A DNA stretch of 64,000 nucleotides, taken from positions 2,004-66,003 of the forward strand of contig JAZQZC010000036.1 in assembly GCA_045633845.1 (NCBI GenBank), read 5' to 3'. The notes beneath the pieces are model-generated. The model was given only the letters and a program-made list of their open reading frames with translations, did no database searches and was not told where the DNA came from. Source of the DNA: Clostridia bacterium (lineage in GTDB: Bacteria; Bacillota; Clostridia; UMGS1810). Both the position numbers and the translations under genes were made by a program. Positions 17,674 through 28,692 of this stretch are shown in pieces (position 1 is the first letter of the stretch; the number at the start of each line of letters is the position of its first letter).

Positions 17674-19221
17674 TTATTTGTATGATATAAAAAAGTTGCC
17701 TATATCACCATAAAAGGTAGACATATTTGCGGTAATGCCGCCTTTGATGTAGCTGCTTACAAACAACGCAGTGTTTGTGTGAAACAATGGGATTTGCGGC
17801 ACATTTTCGTCAAAATATTTACGGAAGTTTTCAAAAAACAGCTCGCTGTTTTGCTTGTCGGGTGACATCATATTGAGGTTTGCAAGCAGACTGTCAAATT
17901 CGTCATTTGCAAATGTACATACATTCTGGTTTGTTTTTTGAAGCGAGCTGAACATAAAGTCCATATTCATATTGTTGTTCATTATAACTTCGCCAATATA
18001 CAAATCATAATCCGCTTCGCTTATTCGCTGCTTGTATTGTTCAAAGTTAACTGCCTCAGGCACAAGAGTAATTCCGTAAGGCTCAAATGCCTTTTTGAGA
18101 TAGGCGGCGGTTCGCTGTTTAATGTCGCTTTCACTGTTGTACAAAAGCTTAAGCGAAAGGTTGTATTTAAGTATCTGAGGCTTTTGGGTGCTCTGTGAGC
18201 TGCCGCTTTCACTTTTTGCAGCATTTTCAAAATAATATGCGGTGGATATTATAGGCAGTGTTGCGGGAGATGCGTGTGAAAACATTACATCCTCCACAAT
18301 TTCATTTCTGTTTATAATGCTGTTTATATCACGCCTCAGTACAACATCGCTTGTGGGCTCTTTGTTTGTGTTGATGCCGATAAAGGCATAACGCGGTGAG
18401 CTTGTTTCGTATATTTTGTGATTTGCAGTAAAGTTGAATTTGCCCCAGTTGCTTCCATTGGTGGTGAACATATCAATTTCGCCTGCATCAAATGCGTGAA
18501 CAAGGTCGTCTGAGCTATGCATAAACGAAATCTTTATACTGTCAAGATATGCCTTTTTGCTGCCGTACCATTGGTCGTTGCGTACAAAGGTCATATTTTT
18601 GTTTTGCAGTCTGCCATCATATTTGAATTTGCCTGTTCCTATTGGCACAAAAGAAGAATTCTCCTTTGCAAAGCTCTGCTTTGCAAGCCCTGCGGGAAGT
18701 ATAGGAAAGTCAAGAGCATTTACAAAATCAGCCTGTGGTGATATAAGCTCTATGGATACTGTAAGGGCATCTGTTATTTTGTAGCTGAGTACATTTTTAA
18801 AAAGCTCACTGTACGGAGTTTCGTAGTGCTTAATATAGTCAAAGGTTGCAACAACATCTGCTGCATCTAAGATTGTACCATCGTGAAATTTAATATCGGG
18901 CTTTATTTTAATGGTATATATTTTGTTGGATGTAGAAACTGTGTAGCTCTGCGCAACAACAGGAGTTGCCTCAAGGGTGCTTTCTGCCTTAAAAAGACCT
19001 TCGTACACAATCATAAGCACATCGCGCACATTCTGATACTGTGTGGCAAGGGGGTTGAGCGTATCGGGCACAAAGCATGCAAGAGTTATGCTGCCTCCCT
19101 GCTGAGGTATTAAATTTTCGGAGCTTGGCTGCTCGCCCTGCGTATCATCCTTTGTGCATCCGCCAAATACAAGTGCCGCAGCCATAACAAGAGCTGCCAG
19201 TTTAAAAGATTTGTTTTTCAT
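17674..19221 (-). CDS. Family-5 (peptide/nickel type) ABC substrate-binding lipoprotein, with no cognate permease nearby
   Basis: Lipobox VFGGCTKD, with length and blocks typical of OppA/DppA-like SBPs. Start moved to MKNKSFKL (19221), which follows GGAG; the longer ORF would overlap ymdB. Confidence 0.75.
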   Translation of the reverse strand: MKNKSFKLAALVMAAALVFGGCTKDDTQGEQPSSENLIPQQGGSITLACFVPDTLNPLATQYQNVRDVLMIVYEGLFKAESTLEATPVVAQSYTVSTSNKIYTIKIKPDIKFHDGTILDAADVVATFDYIKHYETPYSELFKNVLSYKITDALTVSIELISPQADFVNALDFPILPAGLAKQSFAKENSSFVPIGTGKFKYDGRLQNKNMTFVRNDQWYGSKKAYLDSIKISFMHSSDDLVHAFDAGEIDMFTTNGSNWGKFNFTANHKIYETSSPRYAFIGINTNKEPTSDVVLRRDINSIINRNEIVEDVMFSHASPATLPIISTAYYFENAAKSESGSSQSTQKPQILKYNLSLKLLYNSESDIKQRTAAYLKKAFEPYGITLVPEAVNFEQYKQRISEADYDLYIGEVIMNNNMNMDFMFSSLQKTNQNVCTFANDEFDSLLANLNMMSPDKQNSELFFENFRKYFDENVPQIPLFHTNTALFVSSYIKGGITANMSTFYGDIGNFFISYK

Positions 19222-19235
19222 TTTAAATTCTCCAG

Positions 19236-20012
19236 TCAGTCGGTGTACAACAAACGGCTTATTTTTGTGCATTTGTTTGTATTTTCGTCTATTTGTACTA
19301 TAATGCCGCATAGCTTTGCTTTGCCGCTTGCATGCTCAAATTTTTGGGGCAGGGCAGTGGTAAAGCGCTGAATTATTATCTCTTTAGAAATTCCCAGCAC
19401 CGAGTGAATTGCCCCTGTCATACCAATATCGGTTATATATGCAGTGCCTTTTGGCAGTATTGTTTCGTCAGCCGTCTGCACATGGGTATGAGTGCCAAAC
19501 ACACAGGTCGCTTTTCCGTCCAGAAAATATCCCATAGCAATTTTTTCGCTTGTGGTTTCTGCGTGAAAATCCACCATTATAATATCGGCTTCGTTTTTGT
19601 ATTTTTGTATTTCTGCTTCTGCTGCCTTAAAGGGGCAGTCAATATTAAGCAGATTAACTCTGCCCATAACGTTGATTATGCATATTTTTTTGCCGTTGCA
19701 ATTAAGCAGCATACTGCCACAGCCTGGTGTACCCTCGGGGTAATTAAGAGGCCGCACTATATTGTTTTCGTTTTCGAGAATTTTTACAACATCCTTTTTG
19801 CCAAAGGTGTGATTGCCCATTGTAAATGCATCAATGCCAATTTCGCAAAGTGTGTGGTAGTCGCCAAACGTGAGTCCGTTGCCACCCGACACGTTTTCGG
19901 CATTTGCGATACAAAAATCTATGTTGTAATCCTGTTTTATTTCGCGGAGAACAAGGGATGTGTAACCCAGTCCGCAATCTCCGAAAATATCTCCGATAAC
20001 CAAAATATTCAT
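19236..20012 (-). CDS. ymdB: YmdB-type metallophosphoesterase (2',3'-cyclic-nucleotide 2'-phosphodiesterase)
   Basis: MNILVIGDIFG, ANAENVSGGNGLT, GNHTF, and DFHAETTSEK. The position directly downstream of rny matches the arrangement in Bacillus. Confidence 0.88.
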   Translation of the reverse strand: MNILVIGDIFGDCGLGYTSLVLREIKQDYNIDFCIANAENVSGGNGLTFGDYHTLCEIGIDAFTMGNHTFGKKDVVKILENENNIVRPLNYPEGTPGCGSMLLNCNGKKICIINVMGRVNLLNIDCPFKAAEAEIQKYKNEADIIMVDFHAETTSEKIAMGYFLDGKATCVFGTHTHVQTADETILPKGTAYITDIGMTGAIHSVLGISKEIIIQRFTTALPQKFEHASGKAKLCGIIVQIDENTNKCTKISRLLYTD

Positions 20013-20065
20013 TTTAAAATAGCCTTTCCATATATATCTTATAGCTTTATGTGCTTTGTTTTCGA

Positions 20066-20104
20066 TGAAAAATATAAAGAGCGGACTTATAAAAAATCCG
20101 CTCT
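20066..20104 (-). terminator. Intrinsic terminator after rny
   Basis: On the minus strand: AGAGCGGA-ttttttataag-TCCGCTCT followed by TTATATTTTT. Confidence 0.6.
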
Positions 20105-20117
20105 CAAATTATGTTAA

Positions 20118-21662
20118 TTATTTTGCGTAATCTACTGAACGAGTTTCTCTGATAACGTTAACTTTTATCTGTCCCGGATACTCAAGTTCACTTTCTATTT
20201 TTTTAACTATATCTCTTGCAAGGAGTATGGTATCCTCTTCTTTAACGCTTTCGGGCTTAACCATAATTCTGATTTCTCTGCCCGCCTGAATTGCGTAGGA
20301 TTTTTCTACTCCGCTAAATGAATTTGCAATTTCTTCAAGTCTTTCAAGTCGTTTGATGTATGTTTCCAGGTTTTCACGTCTTGCACCCGGTCTTGCAGCG
20401 CTTATTGCGTCACAGGCCTGTACAATGCAGGCAATAACAGTGTTTGCCTCAACATCACCGTGGTGAGCGGCAATTGCGTGAATAACCTCTTGTGATTCGT
20501 GATATTTTTTAGCAATATCTACACCAATGTCAACGTGTGAGCCTTCAATTTCGTGGTCGATAGATTTACCGATATCGTGAAGTAAGCCCGCTCTTTTTGC
20601 TGTTTTGATATCAACGCCAAGCTCTGCAGCCATAATACCTGCAAGGTGTGCAACCTCGGTAGAATGCTTTAATACATTTTGACCATAGCTTGTACGATAT
20701 TTCATACGGCCAAGAAGCTTTATAAGCTCAGGGTGCAGACCATGTACACCTGTTTCAAATGTAGCCTGTTCACCCTCCTGCTTGATAATTGCATCAAGCT
20801 CCTTGCGTGATTTTTCAACAGTTTCTTCAATTCTTGCCGGATGAATACGTCCGTCAACAATGAGCTTTTCAAGTGCCATTCGTGCAATTTCTCTTTTTAC
20901 AGGGTCAAAGCACGAAAGAATAACTGCTTCGGGGGTATCGTCTATAATAAGGTCAATACCTGTAAGAGTTTCGAGTGCTCTTATATTTCTGCCTTCGCGG
21001 CCGATAATTCGGCCCTTCATTTCGTCGTTGGGGAGAGCCACAACAGAAACGGTAGTTTCTGCAACATGGTCAGCCGCACATTTTTGAATTGCAAGACTGA
21101 TAATGTTTTTTGCTCTCTTCTCAGCCTCGTCTTTAGCCTGAGATTCAATATCTTTAATCATTATTGCTGCTTCGTGACGAACTTCTGTTTCAATATTTTT
21201 GAGCAAATACTGTTTTGCGTCCTCAACAGACAAACCTGATATTTTTTCCAACATTTCAAGCTGAGCATTTTTAATCTTGTCAGTTTCGGCCTTGAGAGCT
21301 TCGGCTTCTTTGATTTTTTGATTAAGCAGCTCGTCTTTTTTTTCAAGAGCTTCGGACTTTTTGTCCAATGCTTCTTCTTTTTGCTGAATACGACTTTCCT
21401 GTCTATTCATTTCCTTGCGTCGTTCTTTAGATTCTTTTTCAAATTCATTTCTGCTTTTATGAATTTCATCCTTTGCCTCGAGCAAAGCTTCTTTCTTCTT
21501 TGTTTCGGCTTCTTTTACGGCCTGATCAACAATAGCTTTTGCTTTTTGTTCAGCACCGCCGATTTTAGCCTCGGCAATTTTCTTTCTGTACATGCTGCCT
21601 GCAAAAAAGGCAACAACACAGCAAACTGCCGCAGCTGCAATTGTAATTATTAATTCTGTCAA
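20118..21662 (-). CDS. rny: Ribonuclease Y
   Basis: N-terminal TM segment, long Lys/Glu coiled coil, KH domain ([15 protein letters not shown]), HD domain (HDIGK...HHGD). TTG start follows AAAGGAGG. Confidence 0.95.
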   Translation of the reverse strand: MTELIITIAAAAVCCVVAFFAGSMYRKKIAEAKIGGAEQKAKAIVDQAVKEAETKKKEALLEAKDEIHKSRNEFEKESKERRKEMNRQESRIQQKEEALDKKSEALEKKDELLNQKIKEAEALKAETDKIKNAQLEMLEKISGLSVEDAKQYLLKNIETEVRHEAAIMIKDIESQAKDEAEKRAKNIISLAIQKCAADHVAETTVSVVALPNDEMKGRIIGREGRNIRALETLTGIDLIIDDTPEAVILSCFDPVKREIARMALEKLIVDGRIHPARIEETVEKSRKELDAIIKQEGEQATFETGVHGLHPELIKLLGRMKYRTSYGQNVLKHSTEVAHLAGIMAAELGVDIKTAKRAGLLHDIGKSIDHEIEGSHVDIGVDIAKKYHESQEVIHAIAAHHGDVEANTVIACIVQACDAISAARPGARRENLETYIKRLERLEEIANSFSGVEKSYAIQAGREIRIMVKPESVKEEDTILLARDIVKKIESELEYPGQIKVNVIRETRSVDYAK

Positions 21663-21806
21663 GTTAAATCCTAACCTCCTTTTCTTTTAGAAATTTGTTT
21701 TCACTTAGTTTTTGGGCATCGAAAATATAAGTCGATGAAAGCAATGCGCAAAGTGCACATACGCATTGTTTGAATTACACAAAAATAAATAATAACATAC
21801 ACATTT

Positions 21807-21835
21807 ATTTTATAACATTTTTGGGCTTGTGTCAA
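21807..21835 (-). promoter_or_regulatory. Sigma-A type promoter upstream of rny
   Basis: On the minus strand: TTGACA, a 17-nt spacer, then TAAAAT, about 145 nt upstream of the rny start. Confidence 0.5.
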
Positions 21836-21854
21836 TGTTTTTTTGGACGTTTGA

Positions 21855-22706
21855 CTACATATTATTCTGCTTTTTTGCAGCGGTAACCGTATTTCGCATA
21901 AGGGTTGCTCTTGTCATAGGGCCTACGCCGCCCGGTACTGGGGTAATGTGTGATACTATGTCAAAAACCTCGTCAAAGTTTACGTCACCGCAAAGCTTGC
22001 CGTCGGCATTTCGGTTCATACCTACGTCAATTACAACTGCGCCCGGCTTTACGGCGTCCTTGCCAATAAGATTTGCTTTGCCAACTGCTGCAACGAGTAC
22101 GTCTGCATTTTGGCATATTTCGTTAAGATTTTGGGTTTTTGAGTGGCATATTGTAACTGTGGCATTTTTGTGCAGCAGCATCATTGCCTGAGGCTTGCCC
22201 ACAATGTTGCTTCTGCCCACAACCACGCAGTTTTTGCCGCAAAGGTCAATTCCCGAAAGTTCGATTAAGTCCATAACACCTGCAGGTGTACAGGGAAGAA
22301 ATTCGTAATCACCTGTCATAATTTTGCCTACATTCTGTGGGTGGAATGCGTCAACATCCTTTGAAGGGTCAATTGCATTTATAATACTTTTTTCGTTTAT
22401 GTGCTTTGGCAGCGGCAGCTGAACAAGTATGCCGTTGATGCTTTTGTCGTTGTTAAGCTTGTGTATAAGCCTAAGCAGCTCTTGTTCTGTTGTGTCACCA
22501 CTGAGGGTAATTTGCTCGGAGTGCATTCCCAATTCAATGCAGTCTTTTGATTTGGAATTTACATATACCTTTGATGCGGGATTGTCACCTACAAGTATTA
22601 CTGCAAGCCCGGGGGTGATGCCTTTTTGCTTTAAAACATCAACCTCTGCTTTAAGCTGATTTTTGATTTTTTGCGCAAGCATTTTTCCGTCAAGTATTTT
22701 GCTCAT
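21855..22706 (-). CDS. folD: Bifunctional methylenetetrahydrofolate dehydrogenase/cyclohydrolase
   Basis: ILDGK...[34 protein letters not shown] and [11 protein letters not shown]. Confidence 0.95.
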   Translation of the reverse strand: MSKILDGKMLAQKIKNQLKAEVDVLKQKGITPGLAVILVGDNPASKVYVNSKSKDCIELGMHSEQITLSGDTTEQELLRLIHKLNNDKSINGILVQLPLPKHINEKSIINAIDPSKDVDAFHPQNVGKIMTGDYEFLPCTPAGVMDLIELSGIDLCGKNCVVVGRSNIVGKPQAMMLLHKNATVTICHSKTQNLNEICQNADVLVAAVGKANLIGKDAVKPGAVVIDVGMNRNADGKLCGDVNFDEVFDIVSHITPVPGGVGPMTRATLMRNTVTAAKKQNNM

Positions 22707-24547
22707 TTTCTGTTTCTCCTTGAATATAATTTGTTGTTGTTTGTTTGCCTGTGATTTTCGGGCGGAACAAGGCAGCCCTGCGAATAACCTATCAAATCCT
22801 CTCTGCCTGCAAGCTTTAGTGCTTTAATAACAGTTTTTCTGTTTTCGGGTCTGTCAAACTGGAGCAGTGCACGCTGCATCTGCTTTTCGTTTATATCCCT
22901 TGGCACATACACCTCCTGCATTGTAAGAGGGTCAAGCCCTGTGTAAAACATACAGGTAGAAAGGGTAAAGGGTGTAGGGTAAAAGTCCTGTACCTGCTCG
23001 GGATGCATATGATGCTGCTTTAAATAAAGGGCAAGCTCTATTGCATCGTTTAGCGTGCTGCCCGGATGGCTTGACATAAGGTATGGCACAAGATACTGCT
23101 TTTTGCTTAGGTTTTTGTTTATGCTATAAAACTTTTCGCTGAATTTATCGTATACCTTTTTCGATGGCTTGCCCATAAGCCTCAGCACATTGTCGGATAT
23201 ATGCTCGGGAGCTACTTTAAGCTGACCGCTTATATGGTGCTTGCACAAATCGTAAAAGAATGTATCGTCTTTGTCATTTATAAGGTAGTCGTAGCGTATG
23301 CCTGAGCGTATAAACACTTTTTTTACGCCTGGCAGGCTGCGCAGCTTTCGTAAAAGTGAGGTATAACGCCTGTGATTGATTTCAAGATTTTTGCAAGGCT
23401 CGGGGAAAAGGCATTGCTTGTTTTTGCAGGTTCCTCTTTGCATCTGCTCTTTGCACGACGGCCCGTCAAAGTTGGCTGTGGGTCCGCCTACATCGTGAAT
23501 ATAGCCTTTAAAATCCTTGTCCTTTGTCATAGCAGTTGCTTCGTCTATTACCGACTGGTCACTGCGCGACTGCACAATTCTGCCCTGATGAAAGGTGAGT
23601 GCACAAAAGCTGCAGCTGCCGTAGCAACCACGATTGTGGGTTATGGAAAATTTAACCTCTTCTATTGCAGGCACACCTCCCATACTCTCATAAACAGGGT
23701 GGTATGTGCGCATAAATGGCAGGGCATATACCTCGTCAAGCTCACGGGAGCTTAGAGGCATCATCGGCTTTGTTGCCACAAGATATCTGTCGCCGTGCTT
23801 TTGAACAAGCGTTTTGCCCCTTATGGGGTCTTGATTTTGGTATTCTATTTTTGTTGCAATGCAATACTTTTTATTGTCGTCACGTACCTCTTCCATAGAG
23901 GGCAGCTCAATATAATCGTCAATCTCCGATATATCTTTTTTTATATAGCAGCAGCCGTCTGCGCAGGTGTCATCGAGTGCAATGCCATCGCGTAGTGCGT
24001 TTGCAAGCTGTACAATAATTTTTTCGCCCATTCCGTAGGTCAAAACATCTGCACGCGAGTCAAAAATTATGGAGCGGCGCACCTTGTTGTCCCAATAGTC
24101 ATAGTGGGCAAAGCGGCGCAGACTTGCCTCTATTCCGCCTATTATAATAGGCACGTCACTGTATGCCTCTTTTATTCTGTTGCAATACACAATTACCGCT
24201 CTGTCGGGTCTTTTGCCTGCCTCACCGCCCGGGGTGTAAAGGTCGTTGCTGCGCTTTTTCTTTGCGGCGGTGTAGTGGTTTACCATAGAGTCAATGTTGC
24301 CTGACGAAACAAGGAATGCATACTTTGGCTTGCCTAAGCTTTTAAAATCCTCGCAATCGTGCCACCTGGGCTGTGCAATAATGCCTACCGTAAAGCCGTG
24401 CTTTTGCAAAATTCGCGAAATTATGGCATGACCAAAGCTCGGGTGGTCCACATAGGCGTCACCGCACACATATACAAAGTCGAGCTGTTCAATTTTTTGT
24501 TTTTCCATATCCTCGCGGCATATGGGCAAAAATCCTTTTTGTATCAT
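22703..24547 (-). CDS. ygiQ: YgiQ-family radical SAM protein (UPF0313)
   Basis: N-terminal block [25 protein letters not shown], radical SAM cluster [10 protein letters not shown]; about 614 aa. The stop overlaps the folD start. Confidence 0.88.
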   Translation of the reverse strand: MIQKGFLPICREDMEKQKIEQLDFVYVCGDAYVDHPSFGHAIISRILQKHGFTVGIIAQPRWHDCEDFKSLGKPKYAFLVSSGNIDSMVNHYTAAKKKRSNDLYTPGGEAGKRPDRAVIVYCNRIKEAYSDVPIIIGGIEASLRRFAHYDYWDNKVRRSIIFDSRADVLTYGMGEKIIVQLANALRDGIALDDTCADGCCYIKKDISEIDDYIELPSMEEVRDDNKKYCIATKIEYQNQDPIRGKTLVQKHGDRYLVATKPMMPLSSRELDEVYALPFMRTYHPVYESMGGVPAIEEVKFSITHNRGCYGSCSFCALTFHQGRIVQSRSDQSVIDEATAMTKDKDFKGYIHDVGGPTANFDGPSCKEQMQRGTCKNKQCLFPEPCKNLEINHRRYTSLLRKLRSLPGVKKVFIRSGIRYDYLINDKDDTFFYDLCKHHISGQLKVAPEHISDNVLRLMGKPSKKVYDKFSEKFYSINKNLSKKQYLVPYLMSSHPGSTLNDAIELALYLKQHHMHPEQVQDFYPTPFTLSTCMFYTGLDPLTMQEVYVPRDINEKQMQRALLQFDRPENRKTVIKALKLAGREDLIGYSQGCLVPPENHRQTNNNKLYSRRNRK

Positions 24548-24556
24548 TTTGGTTCC

Positions 24557-26914
24557 TTATTTCATCAACATCTCATTATATTGCTCTCTTGTTATAAGCA
24601 CCTGACGAGGCTTGTTGCCGTCAAGCTCGGATATTATTCCGCGTCGTTCCATCTGGTCTATAATGCTTCCTGCTCTGTTGTAGCCTATGCGAAATCTCCT
24701 TTGCAAGAGAGATGTGGATATTGTACCACTGTCTACCGCCATTTCGATTGCCTCGGGCAGCAGCTCGTCTGCATCACCCGGGTCTTGTCCGTCGGGCTCG
24801 TAGTGTTCTTCGCTCTCAAGCTGCTCTATAACAGTTTCGTCATAAGACGGTGTATAGTCGCTGGAGACAGCCTCCACAACTTTTTTAACGTCGCCGTCCG
24901 ATACAAATGCACACTGCATACGGCTTGGCTTTGTTTCGCCAACAGGCATATAAAGCATATCACCTTTGCCTATAAGCTTTTCGGCGCCGCCCATATCAAG
25001 AATTGTTTGCGAATCACGCACCGACGCAACCATAAACGAAATACGGCTGGGTACATTGGCTTTAATGTTACCTGTAATAAATTTTACAACAGGTCGCTGT
25101 GTTGCAATTACAAGGTGCATACCTGCAGCGCGGGCAAGCTGAGCAATACGGCAAACATAGTTTTCTACATCGCCGGGGGCAACCATCATAAGGTCGGCAA
25201 ACTCGTCTATGAGTATAACAATAGACGGCATTTTGCCCTCGGGAGTCCCGTTGCGCTCCATAAGCTCGTTGTAGCCCTGAATGTTACGCACATTGTTTTG
25301 CTCAAAAATTGAGTATCGCTCGGTCATTTCTTTAACTGCCCAGCCAAGAGCACCTGTGGCTTTTTTTGCATCCTTAACCACAGGGATAAGCAGGTGGGGA
25401 ATACCGTTGTACACGCCAAGCTCAACCTGCTTGGGGTCTATCATAACAAGCTTTACTTCGTTTGGGTCTGCCTTGTACAAAAGGCTTATTACAAGTGTGT
25501 TTATGCATACACTCTTACCTGCACCTGTAGCACCTGCAATAAGCAAGTGGGGCATTTTTGCAAGGTCCATAATAATGGGCTTTCCGCTTATGTCTTTGCC
25601 CAGTGCAACCGCAAGCTTTGAGGGGTGATTTTTAAATTCGTCACTCTCGAGTACATCGCGCAGCATAACGTCGCTTCTGTTTTTGTTTGCAAGCTCAATT
25701 CCTATTGTGGTTTTGCCGGGTATTGGTGCAACCATAACGTCTTTTTCTGCCGCAAGGGCAAGAGCAAGGTCTTTTGAAAGTGAGGTTATCTGGCTAACCT
25801 TAACACCCTCGGCAGGCTTAACCTCGTAGCGTGTAATTGTGGGGCCCTGGCTGATTTCCACAACGCTTGCATCTACCTTAAAGCTGTGGAGTGTTTCAAC
25901 AAGCTGACGTGCATTTTGCTGAAGCTCCTCGCTTGATGCACCAGGTCCTGCGGCTCTTTTTGGCTTTGAAAGCAAGTCGAGCTGCGGGTAGTTGTACTGC
26001 AAAATCAAATCATTCTTTTCGGCTGCGGTTGTTTCCATCTCGCGCTTTATTTCGCAGTCAAGCTGCTCTTTTTCCTGCTCGGTAAGTCGCGGTTCAACCT
26101 CTGGCTCGGCAGCAACCTCGTGGTCGATGTATTCTTTTTCGCCGTTGGCTTTTATAATTTCTTTTCCTGCCTCTGTGTTTATTGTAATGTCGTTCGGCAT
26201 AACTTCAAACTGCTCTTCAACAGCCTTGATTTCCTGTTCTGCCTGTGCAACCTTTTTCTTGTCAACCTTTACCACTGTGTGAGCAACAGGGTTAAATTCT
26301 TCGTCTGCTTCTTTTCGGTTTTCTTCTTTTATGGTGTCAATATCCTCTTTTATGTGACGTGCAGTGCCTGTAATCATACGGATAATACTATTTATCACTT
26401 TTACAATGGAAATATTGAATATTGCTATACAAAGTATTATAAACAGTGCAAAAAACAAAATATTTGCTCCTACTGAGCCAAGAAGTGCCTGCATAGGCAT
26501 ACCAATGCTTGCACCTATAAGTCCGCCGCTTGGGTGAAGCTGTGCGTATGTATAGTACATTGCGTATTCCATACCGCTGCTTGAGGCCAAAATCATATGG
26601 AATATTGCGGTAAGGTCAATAAATGCAACGCCCGAGAGTATCATCTTTTTGCTTATTCCGTTTTTTTCGGGAGCAAACAGGCAGTATACCGTTGCTGCAA
26701 TTGCGGCAACAGGCAGCAAATATGCACAGTAGCCAAACAATCCCATAAAGCATTCGGATATAAAGCCGCCTACTGCACCGCCGCTTCCCGAATAGATGCT
26801 TATTGCAAAAAATATGCTTGCTGCAATTATGCAGACAGCAGTGATTTCAAATGATGCTGTACTTTTTGGGGCAGTACTTTTTACCTGCCTCTTTTTAGTG
26901 CTTTTTTTAGCCAT
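24557..26914 (-). CDS. ftsK: DNA translocase FtsK/SpoIIIE
   Basis: N-terminal TM domain, Walker A GATGAGKS, DEFADLMM, and a C-terminal gamma winged-helix (LLQRRFRIGYNRAGSIIDQME). Start set at MAKKSTKK (26914, RBS GAGGAA). The 24 extra N-terminal codons in the ORF track read into the inserted element. Confidence 0.93.
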   Translation of the reverse strand: MAKKSTKKRQVKSTAPKSTASFEITAVCIIAASIFFAISIYSGSGGAVGGFISECFMGLFGYCAYLLPVAAIAATVYCLFAPEKNGISKKMILSGVAFIDLTAIFHMILASSSGMEYAMYYTYAQLHPSGGLIGASIGMPMQALLGSVGANILFFALFIILCIAIFNISIVKVINSIIRMITGTARHIKEDIDTIKEENRKEADEEFNPVAHTVVKVDKKKVAQAEQEIKAVEEQFEVMPNDITINTEAGKEIIKANGEKEYIDHEVAAEPEVEPRLTEQEKEQLDCEIKREMETTAAEKNDLILQYNYPQLDLLSKPKRAAGPGASSEELQQNARQLVETLHSFKVDASVVEISQGPTITRYEVKPAEGVKVSQITSLSKDLALALAAEKDVMVAPIPGKTTIGIELANKNRSDVMLRDVLESDEFKNHPSKLAVALGKDISGKPIIMDLAKMPHLLIAGATGAGKSVCINTLVISLLYKADPNEVKLVMIDPKQVELGVYNGIPHLLIPVVKDAKKATGALGWAVKEMTERYSIFEQNNVRNIQGYNELMERNGTPEGKMPSIVILIDEFADLMMVAPGDVENYVCRIAQLARAAGMHLVIATQRPVVKFITGNIKANVPSRISFMVASVRDSQTILDMGGAEKLIGKGDMLYMPVGETKPSRMQCAFVSDGDVKKVVEAVSSDYTPSYDETVIEQLESEEHYEPDGQDPGDADELLPEAIEMAVDSGTISTSLLQRRFRIGYNRAGSIIDQMERRGIISELDGNKPRQVLITREQYNEMLMK

Positions 26915-26950
26915 TTTAATTCCTCGCTTATTTTTTTCTGAAGGTTTCCA

Positions 26951-27228
26951 TAGTGTGACAGGATTCGAACTCTCAATGCCTGACATCTGAAATTTTTGAA
27001 ATCTTTCAGTTTGTCGGTTTTGACGGGCGTCAGCCCGCCTGCAACCTGTCGCACTGAAATCTCAACAAAAATTTCAAGATGGCAGGTGCAAAGCAGTTTC
27101 ACATAGAAAAATTCTTCTGAAACAAGGTAAATTACGAAGGGAATACTTGCGTATTTTCAAGGAATTTACCGATGTTTTAGGTGAATTTTTTATGTGAAAC
27201 CAATGTTGGTTCGAGTCCTGTCACACTA
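26951..27228. mobile_element. Family-2 MITE-like element, copy A (274 bp plus flanking TA/TA)
   Basis: Termini GTGTGACAGGATTCGAAC / GTTCGAGTCCTGTCACAC with TA on both sides. 260/276 identical to the inverted copy at 48823-49098. Overlaps the last 16 codons of rho. Confidence 0.85.
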
Positions 27229-28526
27229 AGTTCTTTGTTACTTTTTGTTTTTAATAAGTTTGCAATCAGGGTTTCGGTAACATCGGCACCGCCGTTGCCT
27301 GACAGGCTTCGCCTTAATGCCCACGAAAATTCTTTTTCGCTTTTGGAGAGGATTAGCTCGTCTTTTCGTGTGCCAGATTTGTAAATGTCAATTGCAGGGA
27401 ATATTCTGCGCTCCGAAAGCCGTCTGTCAAGGTGAACCTCCATATTGCCTGTGCCTTTAAATTCTTCAAAAATTACATCGTCCATTCTGCTGCCTGTTTC
27501 GATAAGGGCAGTTGCAAGGATGGTAAGGCTGCCGCCTTTTTCGATGTTTCGAGCCGCACCAAAAAACTTTTTGGGCTTGTGCAGTGCAGCAGGGTCAATG
27601 CCGCCCGAGAGTGTTTTGCCTGTAGACGGAACAGTAAGGTTGTACGCTCTTGCAAGCCTTGTAATGCTGTCAAGGAGAATTACCACATCCTGTCCGTGCT
27701 CAACAAGGCGCTGTGCACGCTCCAAAACCATCTCGGCAACCTTTATGTGGTGCTCAGGCAGCTCGTCAAAGGTAGAATAAATAACCTCGCCGTCTATTGA
27801 GCGCTTCATATCGGTAACCTCTTCAGGTCTTTCGTCTATAAGCAAAACAATCAGGTTTACCTCGGGGTTGTTTTTGCTGATGCTGTTGGCAATGGATTTG
27901 AGCAGGGTGGTTTTGCCCGCCTTTGGCGGAGCAACAATCATACCTCGCTGACCCTTGCCTATGGGAGCAATAATGTCTACAAGACGCATTGCGTGGTTGT
28001 CTGGCTCTGCTTCAAGGCGTATCCTCTCGTTTGGATACACAGGGGTGAGCACGTCAAAGGGCTTGCGGTTGATTGCCTTGTCGAGAGTGTCGCCGTTTAT
28101 ATCCTTTACATATATAAGTGCGTCGGAACGCTCTCTGTCATTTTTTGGTCGGCATATGCCGTGAACCATATCGCCTGTCTTAAGACGAAAACGTCTTATC
28201 TGAACAGGTGATACATATGTATCGTCGTCTGTAGACAAATAATTTTCACCGCGCAAAAAACCATACCCATCCTCGCAAAGCTCCAGTATACCTGTAACCT
28301 CGTAGGTGTTATTTTGATTTTCGTTTTCGTTTTGGGGGGCTTTTTCGGCAGGAGTACCGTCGGGTATCTGTTCGGGGAGTGCTTGGTCGGTTTGTAAATC
28401 TTTATCGGACAACAAGTTTATAAGCTCGTCTTTTTTCAGCTTGCTTATGCTTTTGATGCCCTTTTCTTTTGCAAGCTCCTTGAGGCTTGCAAGTGACATT
28501 TTTTGCAATTCGTTTTTTGTGCTCAT
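27177..28526 (-). CDS. rho: Transcription termination factor Rho, with C-terminal 16 aa encoded by the inserted element
   Basis: Rho N-terminal domain ([14 protein letters not shown]), CSD-like RNA-binding domain (GYGFLR), Walker A PPKAGKT, and Q and R loops. The tail after ...KTKSNKEL is element sequence. Confidence 0.95.
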   Translation of the reverse strand: MSTKNELQKMSLASLKELAKEKGIKSISKLKKDELINLLSDKDLQTDQALPEQIPDGTPAEKAPQNENENQNNTYEVTGILELCEDGYGFLRGENYLSTDDDTYVSPVQIRRFRLKTGDMVHGICRPKNDRERSDALIYVKDINGDTLDKAINRKPFDVLTPVYPNERIRLEAEPDNHAMRLVDIIAPIGKGQRGMIVAPPKAGKTTLLKSIANSISKNNPEVNLIVLLIDERPEEVTDMKRSIDGEVIYSTFDELPEHHIKVAEMVLERAQRLVEHGQDVVILLDSITRLARAYNLTVPSTGKTLSGGIDPAALHKPKKFFGAARNIEKGGSLTILATALIETGSRMDDVIFEEFKGTGNMEVHLDRRLSERRIFPAIDIYKSGTRKDELILSKSEKEFSWALRRSLSGNGGADVTETLIANLLKTKSNKELSVTGLEPTLVSHKKFT

Positions 28527-28692
28527 ACAATTACTCCGTTAAATAAATTATTTATTATAATAAGTATATCACAATTGTGCAATTAATGCAAATAACAAAA
28601 AAGTTACATTTTTTAAAAATAACACTAGAAAATATTATTATAATAATGTATAATAAAATTATAATATATAAATTGCGGTGGTGCAACGGTTT

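Noticed and set aside
26915-26986. A 24-codon N-terminal extension of FtsK (MSGIESSNPVTLWKPSEKNKRGIK) appears in the ORF track.
   Set aside because: The extension reads into the inserted family-2 element. The ATG at 26914 has a proper RBS (GAGGAA) and gives a typical Lys-rich FtsK N-terminus.
26952-27227. T-arm-like sequences occur at the ends of the family-2 element (GGTTCGAGTCC, and GAGTTCGAATCC on the other strand), suggesting tRNA genes or a tRNA-derived SINE.
   Set aside because: I could not fold an acceptor, D or anticodon arm around them, and the candidate T-stems pair poorly. The motifs are simply the two halves of the terminal inverted repeat.
27177-28526. The short Asn/Gln-rich stretch in the Rho N-terminal region (QNENENQNN) could be a prion-like insertion domain such as those described for some clostridial Rho proteins.
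   Set aside because: It is only about 10 residues long, far shorter than the described prion-forming domains, so there is not enough evidence.
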